Assembly (NCBI GenBank): GCA_963696385.1
Contig: CAVOKF010000007.1
Span: forward strand, 1,344,001 to 1,408,000
Origin: an uncultured delta proteobacterium
GTDB taxonomy: Bacteria > Myxococcota_A > Polyangia > Polyangiales > Polyangiaceae
DNA length: 64,000 nt
Direction: 5' to 3'
Positions 32,975 to 43,397 of the stretch are shown piece by piece (position 1 is the stretch's first letter; the number at the start of each line of letters is the position of its first letter). The position numbers were made by a program, and so were the translations under genes. Under the pieces are notes generated by a model. That model was given only the letters and a program-made list of their open reading frames with translations. It ran no database searches and had not been told where the DNA came from.

Positions 32975-34526
32975 CGGCGGTCTCCACGGGGCGGCGGGTG
33001 GCGAGCGGCAGAGCGTCGTACTCGGCCAGATCGCGGGGGCGTGTGACGACGGGACCGAGCGCGTCATCGATGCGCTTGGCGGTGTCTTCGGCGACGTACT
33101 CGTCGAGGGTCCGGGGCGGAGCGCGTCGGGCGAGGATGCGCTCGACCGAGGCCGCGTCGAGCGCGCCGAACCGAACGGCGTGCGCGAGGGCGGCGTCGAC
33201 GTCGGCGCTGTCGTAGCGGGCACGCAAGAGCAGGATCTGCCGGGCGTGGTGGGTCCAGACACGGGTCACGTGGGCGCCCGAGAGCTGGAGCAGGAACGCG
33301 GCGGCCCCGTCGCCCATCTGCTCGAAGGTGGCGCGCAGCTTGTCGACGTCGATGGGCGACCGGCTCTCTGGGCGAGGATGCAGCCCGAGCGGATCGATCT
33401 TGTCGCCGCGTCCGCGCGGTCGCAGCTCATAGCGCGCCAGGCAAGCGAGATTCGGCCCGTAGACGAACAGCTCCGTCTGCGTGATGCGCAGCGGCAGGAA
33501 GTCGGTCACATGGTCGTACGGCACGGCGTAGCGGTTACCGAGCCATTCGACGTACCCGTCGATGCTGCAGAGTCGATACGTGACCCGGGCGGTGTCGTAC
33601 GGATGCTTGGGCAGCGGCCGCAGATGAGGCGCCTCGTCGCGAAACCGATCGAGGGCGGACAGCCCGTGACGCTTGCGCGGGTCGACGACGCGAACGAGCC
33701 AGTCGGCGAGCTGCGCGGCGAAGTCGTCGCGATCGCGAAATGAGCGGCCGTTGAGAAACGATCGCTCGTGCTCCCAGAAGCTGCGTTCGACGCGCGGCTT
33801 GGCGTTGGGTTTTCCTCGCACGGCGGCGGGCTGAATGCCGTAGTGCGCGGCAAAGGCGAGATACCGAGGATTGTAGATGGGCTGGTGGCCTTCCCACCGG
33901 AGCACGACGGGCTTTTGGCTGTCGTACTTGCAGCCCGCGGCGCAGCCGCCGAAGCGCGCGAAGGCGCGCTCGTGGCCGTCCATGAGCGCGAACAAGTCCG
34001 GCGAGCCGAAGACGTCGAAGGACTTGCGCTTCGAATAGACCAGGACGTACGAGAACAGCTGCACAGTCTCGGAGAGGCCGGTCGTATACGTGAGCGTGTA
34101 GGGCGACCAATCGTTTTCGGCCATCTCACCCGGTCCGAACACCGGAGCTTCGAGGCTCGGCGTCGGCTTGGCCGCTGGCCGCACGCGCCGCATCTGCTTC
34201 TTGACGGCGGTGTAGCCGCCTTGGAATCCCTCGTCCTTGAGGATCTCCAGCACGCGCTGCGCGGTGATGTCCGGGTAGCGCGCGAGCAACTCGCTCACGC
34301 GACCCTGGTAGGCGTCGATCTTGCGGGAACGCGGCGCGCGCACGGGCGCAGCGGCCAGCGCGGCGTGCCCGTCGTCGCGCTCGCGACCGTGGGTCCGAAG
34401 GATCTTCTTGATCGTGTTCCGACTGACCCCCAGCGCCCGCGTGATGGCGCGCCGGCTCATCCCCTGGGCCGTCAACACGACGACCTGGTGGATCAATTCC
34501 TCGCGAGAGCGCCAGTGCACCGTCAT
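32952..34526 (-). CDS. istA: IS21 transposase
   Basis: Copy of 5361-6935. Confidence 0.92.
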   Translation of the reverse strand: MTVHWRSREELIHQVVVLTAQGMSRRAITRALGVSRNTIKKILRTHGRERDDGHAALAAAPVRAPRSRKIDAYQGRVSELLARYPDITAQRVLEILKDEGFQGGYTAVKKQMRRVRPAAKPTPSLEAPVFGPGEMAENDWSPYTLTYTTGLSETVQLFSYVLVYSKRKSFDVFGSPDLFALMDGHERAFARFGGCAAGCKYDSQKPVVLRWEGHQPIYNPRYLAFAAHYGIQPAAVRGKPNAKPRVERSFWEHERSFLNGRSFRDRDDFAAQLADWLVRVVDPRKRHGLSALDRFRDEAPHLRPLPKHPYDTARVTYRLCSIDGYVEWLGNRYAVPYDHVTDFLPLRITQTELFVYGPNLACLARYELRPRGRGDKIDPLGLHPRPESRSPIDVDKLRATFEQMGDGAAAFLLQLSGAHVTRVWTHHARQILLLRARYDSADVDAALAHAVRFGALDAASVERILARRAPPRTLDEYVAEDTAKRIDDALGPVVTRPRDLAEYDALPLATRRPVETADGQDQNG

Positions 34527-35440
34527 GCCCTGCTCGCTCTCTCGGTCACGGCGGTGATCGTTTTCATCAGGCCGCCCAACACGCCATGGAGGTTGCTGAG
34601 ATCGGGGCCCACGACGTCGGCGGCGGGTCCCAACGCGTCGAGCGGCATCCCGGCCAAACAGGCCTGAAGTCGCCCCGCGCTCCGTCGAATGGTCGTCACG
34701 TCGAGCGCGATCGTCTCGGCGATGCTCCTTGCCGTGCGTGGGCGGCCGCGGCGCGCAGGCCGACCCCCGTCGCGCCAGCGCGCCAGCACCGCCTCATGCC
34801 CCGGCCCCGAGTCGTCCGCGAGCTCGCGCACCAAGAGGGCCGTCTGCCGCACGGTGAGCCCGCGACGGATGACGACCGCGGAGACCGCCGGCTGGTTGCC
34901 ACGTGGCAACGCGCCGACGAGGATCGCTGCCCGCGGCGCGAGCAGCCCGAGTCGAACGTCGGCTTGGACCGACGAATCGAGCGCTTCGACCAGCATCAGG
35001 CGGCGACAGACCCAGCTCTTGTGGCAACGAAGCAGCGCAGCGATCGCCCCTTGCGTCACGTGATGCTCTCGATGCAGGGCGCGCACGATCCACGCCTCCT
35101 CGAGCGCGGTGAGCCCGCGGCCAGCGTGCAGCTCGCGCATCTGCACGGTGGCATCGACGGCGCCAAGGTCGGTGACGACGGCGCGCAGATCGCGAAGGCC
35201 CAGCCCTCGCGCGGCGCGTAGCCGCTTGAAGCCGTCGAAGATCTCGACGGCGCCATCCCGCTCGAACGCGCGCACGGCGGAGAGCTGGCCGTGCTGCTTG
35301 AGCGACGCGCGCATGGCGGCCAGCGCGCAGGCGTCGGCGAGGCGCAGCCGCGACAGGCCCTCGCCGAGATCGGCGACGGCGACGAGGCGCTCGGCTTGAG
35401 CAGCGGCGGTCACGGCCGCGAATCCACCACGACTCGTCAC
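34523..35440 (-). CDS. ParB/Spo0J-like protein
   Basis: 'SLKQHGQLSAV', 'IFDGFKRLRAA', 'LTALEEAWIV', HTH 'TQGAIAALLRCHKSWVCRRL'; ATGA-coupled to istA. Confidence 0.85.
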   Translation of the reverse strand: MTSRGGFAAVTAAAQAERLVAVADLGEGLSRLRLADACALAAMRASLKQHGQLSAVRAFERDGAVEIFDGFKRLRAARGLGLRDLRAVVTDLGAVDATVQMRELHAGRGLTALEEAWIVRALHREHHVTQGAIAALLRCHKSWVCRRLMLVEALDSSVQADVRLGLLAPRAAILVGALPRGNQPAVSAVVIRRGLTVRQTALLVRELADDSGPGHEAVLARWRDGGRPARRGRPRTARSIAETIALDVTTIRRSAGRLQACLAGMPLDALGPAADVVGPDLSNLHGVLGGLMKTITAVTERASRA

Positions 35441-35907
35441 CCGGCACGAGACCGGCCCGTGACGCTGTCCAGGTCCAGGCCCGATCGGCAGCCGTTTTCC
35501 CCAGCTTCCAGCGCGCAGGGTAGCTCGTGACATAGGCCCGCTCTGTCCACTTTGGCGGGCCCAAAAGGGCCGATTTTCCGCAGAATTCGCCCCAGATCGC
35601 GGCGGAGGGTAGCTCGTGACAGGCTCGCGGCCTTGTCCACGATCTGCTGTACTTTACGCAATAAATCCACGCTGTTGCCGTCCGAGGGTAGCTCGTGACA
35701 TCCGGCTGCCTTGGCGCCGTCCCGGCACCTTTGCTGGCGTGCGCGCTCGTCGGCCCGCTGCTCGTCCAGGTCGTTGCGCCGCCTCCGGCGCGCCTGACGG
35801 TTGCGGCGCTGGCCGCGGCACCCCTCTCCGCACACGACTTGGTGATCGAGCGCGCTCACGGCAGGCGTGAACCACTTCCGGCACTCGCTGCATCGACGCC
35901 TGGACAT
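35437..35907 (-). CDS. Cys-motif hypothetical protein
   Basis: 'CSECRKWF...VCGEGC'; GTGA-coupled to the ParB-like gene. Confidence 0.6.
   Translation of the reverse strand: MSRRRCSECRKWFTPAVSALDHQVVCGEGCRGQRRNRQARRRRRNDLDEQRADERARQQRCRDGAKAAGCHELPSDGNSVDLLRKVQQIVDKAASLSRATLRRDLGRILRKIGPFGPAKVDRAGLCHELPCALEAGENGCRSGLDLDSVTGRSRAG
35517..35700. repeat. Three perfect 16-bp direct repeats AGGGTAGCTCGTGACA
   Basis: At 35517-35532, 35606-35621, 35685-35700. Confidence 0.9.
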
Positions 35908-36594
35908 CGACGCCAGCGTCCGGCGAGACGCCCTCGATCGCGCATTCCACGGCGCCCCCCTGGATCACGATCCCGCCGCCCGCGGCCGCCCCTTCAGGCC
36001 GTGCCGTGGATCACGATCCCGCCGTGCGGTGGACCACGACGAGGGCGCCGCTGAAGCTCCCCCGCTCCCTTCGGCCGTGGCTCCGGTCTCCCCTCGCCAG
36101 CGGCCTACCTCGGCGCGAATGCTTGTTCTGCGCGGAGCCCCTCACGGGGGGGCGCTCGGCCGGCCGTGCGCGCATCCGCGTGCGCTCGGCGCGTCGGAGA
36201 CGGGTGACCGGCTCTCCGTTGCTCCGGGATGTCACCGAGGAAAAGCGAGGGCCTCCCAGGTGTCTGGTTCGTCCTCTTGTGGCGTGCCGTGGTCGTAGAC
36301 CCCGCCGGATGCGGCTCCTGCTCGCCCTGCTGCGCAGCAGCCGCCGTCGCCTTCGCGCCGCCCAAAGCGCTCGGCATCCGGACTGATGTAGTTTTCGTGA
36401 CTGCATTCCCCACGGCCCACTCACTTGCGTGACTACGCATCGCCGAACGCCTTGCGGCGGCCGGCGCAAGCCTCGCTTTCGGCTGGACGGGCTCGGCCCT
36501 TCGCCGGGCGGGGTTCGCACCCGCTGGACGACTCTCTGAATTTTATGAGCTCATCGCATCTCATTCCTTTCAGACCAGCCTTGCCTGGTCGCAC

Positions 36595-36610
36595 TGAACG
36601 GCCTACTCGC
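36595..36610 (-). repeat. 110-bp site copy E, part 2 (5' exon of intron 3)
   Basis: rc GCGAGTAGGCCGTTCA. Confidence 0.85.
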
Positions 36611-36977
36611 CTCCCTTGCGATGGAGGCGGCCGTTCTCGAAGTTGAAGCCATCTCGGGCGAGCCAGCGCGTGAGCCCGTCGAGAGTGCGCCGCCCTAGCT
36701 GGGCGTCGTAGGTCGTGCCGATGCCCTGGCTCACGGTGGTCAGCACATTCTCGTAGACCGCCAGGATCTTCCGGACGTCCTCCCATTTCGTGAAATCGAC
36801 GGCGTGGTAGTAGGTCTCGACGAAAGAGCGGCGCGCCCCGGACTCGGGACACTGGTCGTTCGGCTCGCGGGGTACGTCCGCGGCCTCGAACTCGCGCTCG
36901 ATCTCTCGCAACGTCCAGCCGACGAAGAACTCGCGGAATTCGGTGCGCGTTTTCTTGCTGATGATGTCTCCAGCCAA
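36603..36977 (-). pseudogene. Probable N-terminal fragment of an abortive-infection (AbiJ-like) protein
   Basis: 'ISKKTRTEFREF..WTLREIEREF..RRSFVETYYHAVDF'; stop codon lies inside site E; family is recalled, not searched. Confidence 0.45.
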
Positions 36978-37353
36978 GGCGTCTCTCCTGTTCTCGTGGA
37001 ACGGTCTCCCTCGCGTGCGGTCGTGATCGGCAACCTGACGCCCGGCGGTGTAGATGAGGCAGGGAGACGGACTGATCCTCCCCTTGGGGCGCTTTCGTCT
37101 TCTTCGGGGGAGACAAGCCGGTCTCCCCCAGGTGCCCTAAGTGGTGAAAATTGCGATTCAATCGGCAGCGCGCAACTTACGAAAACCCCAGCGATATTGA
37201 CCTGATACCGACGGGGTGCCACCTTCCCATCAGTCCAAGCACGTCTGCTTCACCGCAGAAGGACCGCCGAAAGGCGAATGTTGCCTGGCCCGTGACCCGC
37301 GAGGGTTCACGGGCCGATTCTTTCTGGGACCCGGTGGCCGTCTACGTCCCCCC

Positions 37354-37848
37354 CTACGGCGGAAACCTAGCGCGCTTCAGGCGCCGCGCATTCATCCACT
37401 CGCCTTCGCTCACCGGGTACGCGGAGACGCAAGTGAAGGCGATCCCTGGCCCAGGACGAAGGACGACTCGCATGTACCCGACGGCAGGCAGAAGTCGACC
37501 GTAGATCATGCTCTTCTCCGCTCCTGCGCGACCGCCAACGGCCGGAACCGACACCGTGTACCCCTCGATCGCCTCGGGCACTCGGTCCATGAGCCGCGCG
37601 CGCTCGACGCTGAACTCACGCACATCAAGCTTCCCCGGCGCAATCGTGCGCACCACGCGAGGCAGCGTCGACGCAGGGCCCTTCAGCTCGGTCGAATAAA
37701 GATGTGTCGCGTCTCGCTCGAAGACGATGGTGACGGGGCGGCCGTCGCTCGTGATGCTCCTGGGGCCCGCCAGTCGCGCGCGATAGTAGTCGCGCGCTTC
37801 GTCAGCGGTCTCGATGAGATCGGAGCGGATGACGATGTACGTCGTCAT
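37354..37848 (-). CDS. Hypothetical protein
   Basis: 164-aa ORF abutting the upstream HTH gene. Confidence 0.6.
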   Translation of the reverse strand: MTTYIVIRSDLIETADEARDYYRARLAGPRSITSDGRPVTIVFERDATHLYSTELKGPASTLPRVVRTIAPGKLDVREFSVERARLMDRVPEAIEGYTVSVPAVGGRAGAEKSMIYGRLLPAVGYMRVVLRPGPGIAFTCVSAYPVSEGEWMNARRLKRARFPP

Positions 37849-37849
37849 T

Positions 37850-38347
37850 TCACTTCTTTACGAGGCGCATCTGCACCGGCCCAGGAGCGCGCGTCTCCGG
37901 AGACATGGCGCGCTTCGCGACGTTCGCCTTCCGCTCTGCGAGCGCCTTATTGGCGTACGGCGTCACCTTCGTGATCAAGCCGTCGAAGTGGTAGGCGTTT
38001 GTGCTCGACCCGCCATACTTCCCCGAGCGCGCTTCGCGCCGAATTAGGCCGACGTTCTCCAAGCGTGTGATCCTGCGCTGCACCGTCCGAGGATCCACGC
38101 CGATCGCCTCGGCGATCCTCCGCTTCGACGGGTGAGGCGGGTTGTTCGCTTGCCACCAGTATTTGGCGAGCTGCAAGAGGATGTTCAGATCGAGCGGATC
38201 GAGCCCTAGCGCCTTTTGGTTGTCGAGGATGATGCTCGGGATCATCGTCCAGCCAGCGTCCATCAGCGGCTTGGTCCACTTCCCTTCGTTGTGTCGGAGC
38301 TGCGCGACTCGGGCGCCGCCGACCGTTGCCTTCGTTGTCGTCGTCAT
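37850..38347 (-). CDS. Winged-HTH protein (replication-initiator/HTH_36-like)
   Basis: 'PHPSKRRIAEAIGVDPRTVQRRITRLENVGLIRR...TNAYHFDGL'. Confidence 0.75.
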   Translation of the reverse strand: MTTTTKATVGGARVAQLRHNEGKWTKPLMDAGWTMIPSIILDNQKALGLDPLDLNILLQLAKYWWQANNPPHPSKRRIAEAIGVDPRTVQRRITRLENVGLIRREARSGKYGGSSTNAYHFDGLITKVTPYANKALAERKANVAKRAMSPETRAPGPVQMRLVKK

Positions 38348-38643
38348 GTCTCTCTCTCCACGCCGCACTCTGCGACCCGGCTGTTTCATCAGCAACGCGA
38401 GGGGGGAGATCCCAGTGTCTCCGGTCTCACAGTTCTGTGTTCGTCCTTGCTCGTGGTGGGTGTGCTTGGCGCTTGTCTACTTTGGGAGGCGCGCACGTCC
38501 CCCTCTCGGGAGACCGTAGCACCTGGGGGGGAAGACCGGCAAATCTCCCCTGACGAAACAATTTCCCCGGCTCGGAGCTTTGACCCGCACTCCCCGTTCC
38601 CGCGCTTGCCTACGACGAGACCGGCGCATCCGTCGCCCCGAGA

Positions 38644-38865
38644 TCAGCCGCGCAGCTTCGCGCGGGCGAACTTGTTCTCCCCGCAAAGGGCGTCGATCAC
38701 GAGGCGCCGGACGAAGGAACCGAAGCGCAGTCGCTGCCCCTGGGCCGAACGACGAAGCTGCTGACTCTCGAAATGCGTGCGCAACGCGTCGTACTCCCGC
38801 TGAGTGAGGCGAAGGGCGATCACCCGGGAGCGTCGTCGTCCCTCGGGCAGTGTCGGTCGAGCCAT
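38644..38865 (-). CDS. MobC-like ribbon-helix-helix protein
   Basis: 'MARPTLPEGRRRSRVIALRLTQREYDAL...SFVRRLV'. Confidence 0.5.
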   Translation of the reverse strand: MARPTLPEGRRRSRVIALRLTQREYDALRTHFESQQLRRSAQGQRLRFGSFVRRLVIDALCGENKFARAKLRG

Positions 38866-38992
38866 CTGACTATTATTGTTTACAACAACGGCCACGGGCG
38901 ACGGGAATTTCAGCCGCATCGTCCCCCGAGATGCCGACCGCCGAGAGCAGAACTCGATCGTCTCTAGCTTCGCCCGCGAAGGGAGAGAACCC

Positions 38993-39286
38993 ATGCCGAA
39001 GACTCGCGACGTGAACAGCCCCACCGACGAAGAGCGCCTTATCGAGGCCGTGGAGACCGCGTTGAAGGGACGGCCGCAACCCGGCGACGTCGGTCACATG
39101 CTCCACGAGGACGAACCGCTCATCGTCGTCCGTCTCGGTGATCTCGGCAGCCTGGTCGTCATGGACGAAGACGGGACACAGTGGACCACCTACCTCACGT
39201 GCTTCGTCACCGGCGGGCCGGACTTGCGGAAGCTAGATGCCGAGGTCGTCGCGCGCCTCCACAGGCGAGTGCTGCTCCTTCCCTGA
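38993..39286 (+). CDS. Hypothetical protein
   Basis: GGAGA RBS, 97 aa. Confidence 0.5.
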   Translation: MPKTRDVNSPTDEERLIEAVETALKGRPQPGDVGHMLHEDEPLIVVRLGDLGSLVVMDEDGTQWTTYLTCFVTGGPDLRKLDAEVVARLHRRVLLLP

Positions 39287-39860
39287 GCCCCTCTGGGGCC
39301 GATGGACCCTATGACGCAGCCGCGGGGTCGTCGGCGAGCGGCGACTCTGACCGCTTCCGAGAAAGAAACATTATCGGAAGTGGTTCCCAAACCGCGATGG
39401 ATGCGATGCGTCAGAGAGATCCGGCAGATCGTCGACGCTGCTGAGGGCAAGAGCCCAGGCGGCGGTGACCACCCAACGGGTCGCGTTGGGCCGACGGAGC
39501 TACGTTATCGAGCGCACGACGCCCCCATCGACGCGGAGAGCGGCTCCATTGGTCGCCGAAGCCGCTTCGCTCGCGACGTAGACGACCATTAGACGACCAT
39601 ACCTTCGAGACCAAGTTGCATCGGGCGACTCCTTAGCTTGTGGCCTTCGTACCCCGGTCCTGCGATGCGAACGACGTCGAAGTCGCAGCCCGTCGACGCT
39701 ACGCGTCGCCCCTCAAGCCCCCACATCCACCTCAGCGGCCATAATGTCCACGCCGCGCTTCCTCGCGTCGACGATTACAGGCGCGAGGGTGGTGATGAGG
39801 ATCAGCACGACCATGAGCAGCGTTTCAAGCAACAGCGGCAGCGGAAAGACATCCTTCGCT

Positions 39861-39982
39861 CAATTGGACGGCACTTTCAATGGCAACGGACGCTCCTAAG
39901 ACGCAGATTAAGACGCGATATGTTTTCGCGCCCGCCTCCGCGGGCTCTTCGTCGACCGGCAGGCTTTGAATGGGCTACTCGC
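39861..39982 (-). repeat. 110-bp site copy F (122 bp; duplicated core)
   Basis: rc ..AAACATA TCGCGTC TTAATCTGCGTC TTAGGAGC...CCAATTG. Confidence 0.88.
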
Positions 39983-39984
39983 GA

Positions 39985-40592
39985 CAACGGCGCATCCGGA
40001 GGCACGACGGGCGGTGGGACGGAGACGGCCGGAAGCGGGGGCCGGCGGCGCCACCATTACCGGGACGTTTTAAGGAACTCCCCTCACCGAAGCTTCTGGC
40101 GGCACCATTGCGCAACTCATAAACACTGTGGGTACTACCCTGCAGTACGGCGGGTACGGCATGATGACCTACACGGTCGCTGTCGCAATCACCAATGTAC
40201 CCAACCTTTGCTCCAATGGTAGCGTCGCCGACCTCGCCAACGTCGCCGACGTACCGAGGACGACGAAGAACATTCGTTCATTGGGGTTTTCCTGGCAGGG
40301 AAATTGGCCGATCGCCGCCGGTACTTATGATTATTTCAATAATGAAGTCGCCGCGAGGTTTTACGCTACCGATTCGAGCTGCAATGTCTCGGTTTCCGAG
40401 ATTACGGACGGCGAAGGCATGGTGACCCTGACCACCGCGAGCAGTACGTTGCTTGTCGGCACCTTCGACTTCTTGCTGTTCGGTACGACTGGGTCCGACC
40501 ATGTCACAGGCGCCTTCAGCGCTCCTTTCCGCGCCGCGCTTCCTTTCGGAGAGCCCGCTATGGACGGGTCGATCCTTTGCGCAAGTTTCTAA
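39985..40592 (+). pseudogene. Secreted-protein fragment lacking its N-terminus
   Basis: Gly/Thr linker starts at the edge of site F; beta-rich ORF 40128-40592. Confidence 0.45.
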
Positions 40593-40606
40593 CTCTGGAG
40601 CATCGC

Positions 40607-41737
40607 TAGTGCACCGCCGTCGAGATGCGATCAAGCATTCGGCGGTGGCTCTTGATGATCGCGTTGGCCGGCTTGGTCCATGCGAATGGCGTCGGGTTTG
40701 AGTTCCAACTCCGCGTGTAGGCGGCGAGATGTTCGCGGAGGCCCTTCTTGGAGGGGAAGTCCGTCTCACTCAAAGCTGCTTGCCCAGGATGCCGAAGAAG
40801 CCCTCCACCTGGTTGAGCCAGGATGCACTGGTCGGGGTGAAGTGAAAGGTCACGCGGGGATGCTGTTCGAACCAGGTCTTGACCTCGGGAGTCGAGTGGG
40901 ACGACGAGTTGTCGAGGATGACGTGAAGCTCCTGCGAAGGATAAGCGCGGTCGACCTTGTTCATGAACGCGAGGAAGTCGGCCGCGGTGTGCGATTCACT
41001 GACGCGGTGAGTTACTTTACCGGTTGCGACTTCGAGCGCCGCGTAGAGGTCGACAACGCCGTGGCGCTTGTAATCGTGCGTGCGGCGCCGCGCGCGTCCG
41101 ACGCGCAAAGGCAAAGGCAGCTGCGTGCGCTCGAGGGCTTGGATCGAGGTTTTCTCGTCAACCGAGAGGACAACCGCATGCTCGGGCGGGGCCACATACA
41201 GGCCGACGACGTCCTTCACCTTCGCGACGAACTCCGGGTCGCGGCTCACCTTGTACGTCCGCGACAGATGCGGCTTCAGTTCGCATCGACGAAGGACATC
41301 GGACACGCACCCGCTCGTGAGACCGACCTGCTTGGCGAGCAGGCGCGTCGTCCAGCGACTGCGTCCCGCCGGCGGAGGCGACATGGCAAGCTGCACCAGG
41401 CGCTCCACTGTGTCGACAGGCACTGCGTGATCTTTGCGACCGGCCTTCGGCCGCTCGAAGATCCCTTCGACGCCCTCGCTGCGGAAGCGGGTCCGGATGC
41501 GTGATACCGCCTCGACGGACAGATCGAGACGGCGCGCATCTCACTGCTCGACACCCCTGCAGCGCTCAGCAGAATCACCCTCGCACGTCGGACAAGCCCC
41601 GCAGCCTCGGACGGCCACGCGACAATTCTCTCAAGCTCCAGGCGTTGTGCAGCATCGATCTTGACCAACGGCGTTGCGGGCATGATGCCAGAACCCGCGA
41701 CGCTCGCCGTTGATTCCATCTCGACGGCGGTGCACTA
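40607..41737 (-). mobile_element. IS630-family element 1 (transposase from 41683, frameshifted)
   Basis: Perfect TIR TA-GTGCACCGCCGTCGAGATG; 'SVDEK', 'ILDNSSSH', 'ASWLNQVE'. Confidence 0.9.
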
Positions 41738-42934
41738 GTACCCCGATTCTACGGAATGGAAGGGTAGAGGCGGCGCAGCTTGATGCGTGCGTCCGCCGTG
41801 GTGAAGCGCCAGTTGACCTTGCGGTCGGGTCGCGAAGCCTGCCACGCGGAGACGATCGTGTGGAGCGCGCCGATGCTGCCGACGCGCTGGTCGAGACACT
41901 GTATCGATAGGGTCGAGAGGAAGATTTCGGCGACGTTGAGCCAACTGCCGTGCTTGGGGGTGTGGTGAACCTCGAACCTCTCGACCAGACGACGAGCCTC
42001 TTTGGGCGCGAATGCTTCGTACAGGCACGAAAGATCGTGGATGTTGAGGTTGTCCATGACCAAGACGATGACGGTCGCGGTTGCGTAGGTCTCGTCGGAC
42101 AGGCGGGCTAAGAAATGCGCCATGTCGACGGCCGTGCGTCGCTCGGTCACTTCGACGACGGATTGCCCGGTCAGCGGTTCCACGGCAGCGAAGATGTTGG
42201 CTGTGCCGCACCGCTTGTATTCGTCATCGACGCGGGCCGGTGTGCCGGGGCTCGCAGGAACGGGCTGGCGGGTGTGCTCGAGCAACTGCTTGCTGGTCTC
42301 GTCGAGACAGACCTGCGGCCGGTCCGGATCATAGGGTCGATGGTAAACGTCGAGCACATCCTCCATGCACTTTACGAACGCCGCGTTTTCCTCAGGCGGA
42401 ATGCAGAAGCGCTCTACAAGCCAGGGCTTGATTTCGTTTTTTTTAGACCGCGCTGGACCGTGCTCGGGCTGACGGAGTCGAACACCTTCAGCTCGACGAG
42501 TCGGTCCGCGAGAAGCGAGATGGTCCACCGTGCCCGCCCTGCGGGCGGCTCACTGCAAGCAATCTGAACCAGCCGCGCCTCCGAGGCCCCGTCGAGCTTT
42601 CGCGGCCGCGACGGGGTGTCTTGGGGCTTGCGCTCCAGGCACGCTTCGACGCCGCGCTCGCAGCAGCGCTTGCGCACGCGCTCCACCGTGACGAGCCCGG
42701 CCTCCAAGTCGTCCGAGATTTCCTGATCGGTCAGCCCTTCGTCGGCTTTCAGCAAAATGCTTGCGCGAAGCCTTTTCAGGCCCGAGACGCGCTCACGCTT
42801 CACGAGCTGCGTCAGCGCCGCCCGCTCGTCCACCGTCAGATTCACTACGTAGCGCTTTTTCATGGCCCACCATGGAGCACGCCCTCGTCGCCATGGAAAG
42901 CAAAACCCGTCGCGTCAATGGATTCGAGGTACTA
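41736..42934 (-). mobile_element. IS630-family element 2
   Basis: TIR TA-GTACC(C/T)CGA(T/A)TC; shares a TA with element 1. Confidence 0.88.
41749..42863 (-). CDS. IS630 transposase, two ORFs joined by a likely programmed frameshift at A8 (~42440)
   Basis: orfA HTH 42414-42863; orfB 'CLDETSKQL', 'MDNLNIH', 'HGSWLNVAE'. Confidence 0.88.
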
Positions 42935-43255
42935 GTTACCGGAGCAGGGTCTTCGGGTTTGCGCCGAGCGCTTCCTGCGCACCAGACCGAACGCGTCGAT
43001 CGCCCAAGCCATGGCGGCCAGAACGGCCTCCGTCGCCATGCCGCGGCCCCACCATGCCCGTCCGATCGCGTAGCCGATCATCGCAGTGTGCGTTGCTGCG
43101 TCGACCTCGAAGTTCATCGTGCCGATGACCATGTGCGGGAGGAATCGCGCGAACTCGGCGTCGTCCCGATAGGCCAGCGCATCGTCGATGTCGCCGATGC
43201 GAAAAGGACGAAGGACGAGGCGTTCGGTCGTGATCGCCGCCGGTATCCCTGTCAT
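42935..43255 (-). pseudogene. RimJ/RimL GNAT acetyltransferase, internally deleted
   Basis: 'ITTERLVLRPF', 'IGYAIGRAWWGRGMATEA'. Confidence 0.65.
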
Positions 43256-43397
43256 CGTCGCCGATGGTATCTCTATCGACGAGCAGATCGCTTGCCGAGA
43301 CGGTCCCGCCTTGCGCAAGAGGTGACGCGCACGCGGAAGCGGCGCGCGCGCGGCGCTATGCTCGCTTTTCCGGGGCCGCTTGTCCCGGGCGATCGCC

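Larger units (their letters stand above)
31564..36056 (-). mobile_element. IS21-family element, copy 2 (full length, 4493 bp)
   Basis: Same TIRs as copy 1; 8-bp TSD CTCCCCCG (31556-31563, 36057-36064); inside intron 3. Confidence 0.93.
26154..36594 (-). mobile_element. Outer group II intron 3 (probably class E), hosting two introns and an IS21
   Basis: 5' GTGCGACC at 36594; 3' ..GGCTACTCGAC at 26154; DV split at 28200/26197; flanks rejoin to site E. Confidence 0.88.
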
